Shown one piece after another: positions 19,601 to 20,000 of a DNA stretch of 20,000 bases; positions within the stretch are counted from its first letter, which is position 1; each line of letters starts with the position of its first letter. Location: positions 62,321 through 82,320 of the forward strand of contig WELA01002985.1 in the NCBI GenBank assembly GCA_009602735.1. Reading direction: 5' to 3'. The position numbers and the translations under genes were made by a program. Source of the DNA: Mesotaenium endlicherianum (lineage: Eukaryota). The notes under the pieces were generated by a model that worked only from the letters and a program-made list of their open reading frames with translations, was not told the DNA's origin and did not search any database.

Positions 19601-19981
19601 AGAGAGTGGAGCGTAGCTGAGCCTGGGGGGATTCTGCAACTGAGCAGCTGACTCACGACTCCACCGCTGGTTTCCCCCTCTGGTAGGTCCTCTGCACGGA
19701 GAAAAGTATGCCTTGCCGCTGCCGATGGGTCTGCTGCTGCGGCTGCGGCTGTGGTCGTGGCTGGGGCTGAAACCCGGGTTGGGGGGCGGGCCGGGGGGGT
19801 GGCAACAGATGACGGAGAAGGGGTACACCATGCGCACCAAGGACCCCATGGACCTGTCGCTGGTGCAGCGCAAGCTGCGCGACGGCGCCTACTCCGACCT
19901 CACCAGCTCGCGCAAGGGCGGCACGCTGGGCGCGGACTCCTTCTACAACGACCTCTGTCTCATGTGCCGCAACATCTGGGC
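9988..19981 (+). CDS. ATXR3: ATXR3/SDG2-like histone H3K4 methyltransferase, 5' part (3'-truncated; SET domain not in window); proposed exons 9988-12378 (frameshift near 10650), 13017-16286, 16828-17896 (spans gap), 18302-19252, 19809-19981
   Basis: Blocks appear in the order recalled for plant ATXR3: GYF-like WFYIDREGNLQGP..LPLDHLV..NKWVTLEHAGSP; IDKRVEQLMAGFSLVAGKEKE; WPLRGGDWR..VLNRGRPLC..DPR..LELPEWA; HPVVRRNALFLRKHGS; second GYF-like WFYYDGMGKEQG..SSVYRREDDLWLPV; PSFVSYAKGKLHEGLMRTY..AATIRELLDGWL; F-box-like W..IPPPALVNILTKLR..SLAAVAKTCGAWR..DFSKLGARCTD; LRR-like LRGCSNVT. All proposed introns are GT-AG with matching phases. Confidence 0.8.
10656..12378 (+). CDS. ATXR3-like exon segment with GYF-like domain 1
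   Basis: Frame open from the G run (LSRHDSQGRAWSHAEEARMSKESL..); GYF-like domain about 11407-11561; donor GAAG|GTGAGA, phase 1. Confidence 0.8.
12859..12891. other. Assembly gap (33 N) inside a poly-G stretch of an intron
   Basis: Run of N flanked by G runs. Confidence 0.99.
13017..16286 (+). CDS. ATXR3-like large exon with GYF-like domain 2
   Basis: Acceptor tggcag|GC at 13016/13017 fits phase 1 (less certain); GYF-like domain about 14813-14956; donor GAGG|GTGTGG, phase 1. Confidence 0.78.
16828..17896 (+). CDS. ATXR3-like exon(s) including F-box-like motif; interrupted by assembly gap
   Basis: Acceptor ccctggcag|GA, phase 1. After the gap the frame reads DWTSIPPPALVNILTKLRGEVVSLAAVAKTCGAWRASV..CTDQALRFLP; donor CCG|GTGGGT, phase 0. 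Confidence 0.72.
17268..17582. other. Assembly gap (315 N) within GC-rich coding sequence
   Basis: Run of N. The coding frame differs on the two sides, so the size is an estimate or the gap hides an intron. Confidence 0.99.
18302..19252 (+). CDS. ATXR3-like exon: LRR-like repeat, low-complexity linker, start of bromodomain-like region
   Basis: Acceptor ggcag|ACG, phase 0; RVCLRGCSNVTVDGVRSVLMAKPSINFVEVTGS; ends KLWDFDKHKFFTQP|GTGAGT. Confidence 0.8.
19809..19981 (+). CDS. ATXR3-like exon: bromodomain-like core
   Basis: Acceptor caacag|ATG, phase 0; GY..TKDPMDLSLVQRKLRDGAY..FYNDLCLMCRNIWA; donor GC|GTAAGG. Confidence 0.8.
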
Positions 19982-20000
19982 GTAAGGGCTCCCCCCCCCC

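Noticed and set aside
19687..19705. Micro-exon (gtcctctgcacggagaaaa) that might lengthen the bromodomain ZA loop
   Set aside because: Flanked by plausible AG/GT, but at 19 nt it would shift the frame of the next exon.

Overview
Eukaryotic nuclear DNA, inferred to be from a GC-rich streptophyte (charophyte-type) green alga. It has three parts. (1) About 1-1800 is AT-rich mitochondrial-type DNA, either a NUMT or a mis-joined organelle contig. It carries the 3' part of ccmFC (one frameshift), an intact rps11, and a family of GC-rich palindromic/hairpin repeats that also sits inside the ccmFC reading frame. (2) A four-coding-exon minus-strand gene (about 8230->2546) encodes a long, acidic low-complexity protein ending in a coiled coil and a C-terminal J-domain-like (HPD) module. 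(3) A divergently transcribed plus-strand gene (9988->beyond window end) has conserved blocks matching the plant H3K4 methyltransferase ATXR3/SDG2 (two GYF-like domains, F-box-like/LRR segment). It appears to carry two unusual extras: four N-terminal CCHC zinc knuckles, separated from the rest by a one-base frameshift in a G11 run, and a recognisable bromodomain split by an intron. No SET domain is visible; it would lie downstream. Exon boundaries were deduced by hand from GT/AG sites and frame continuity. Family assignments come from recalled motif similarity, not database searches.
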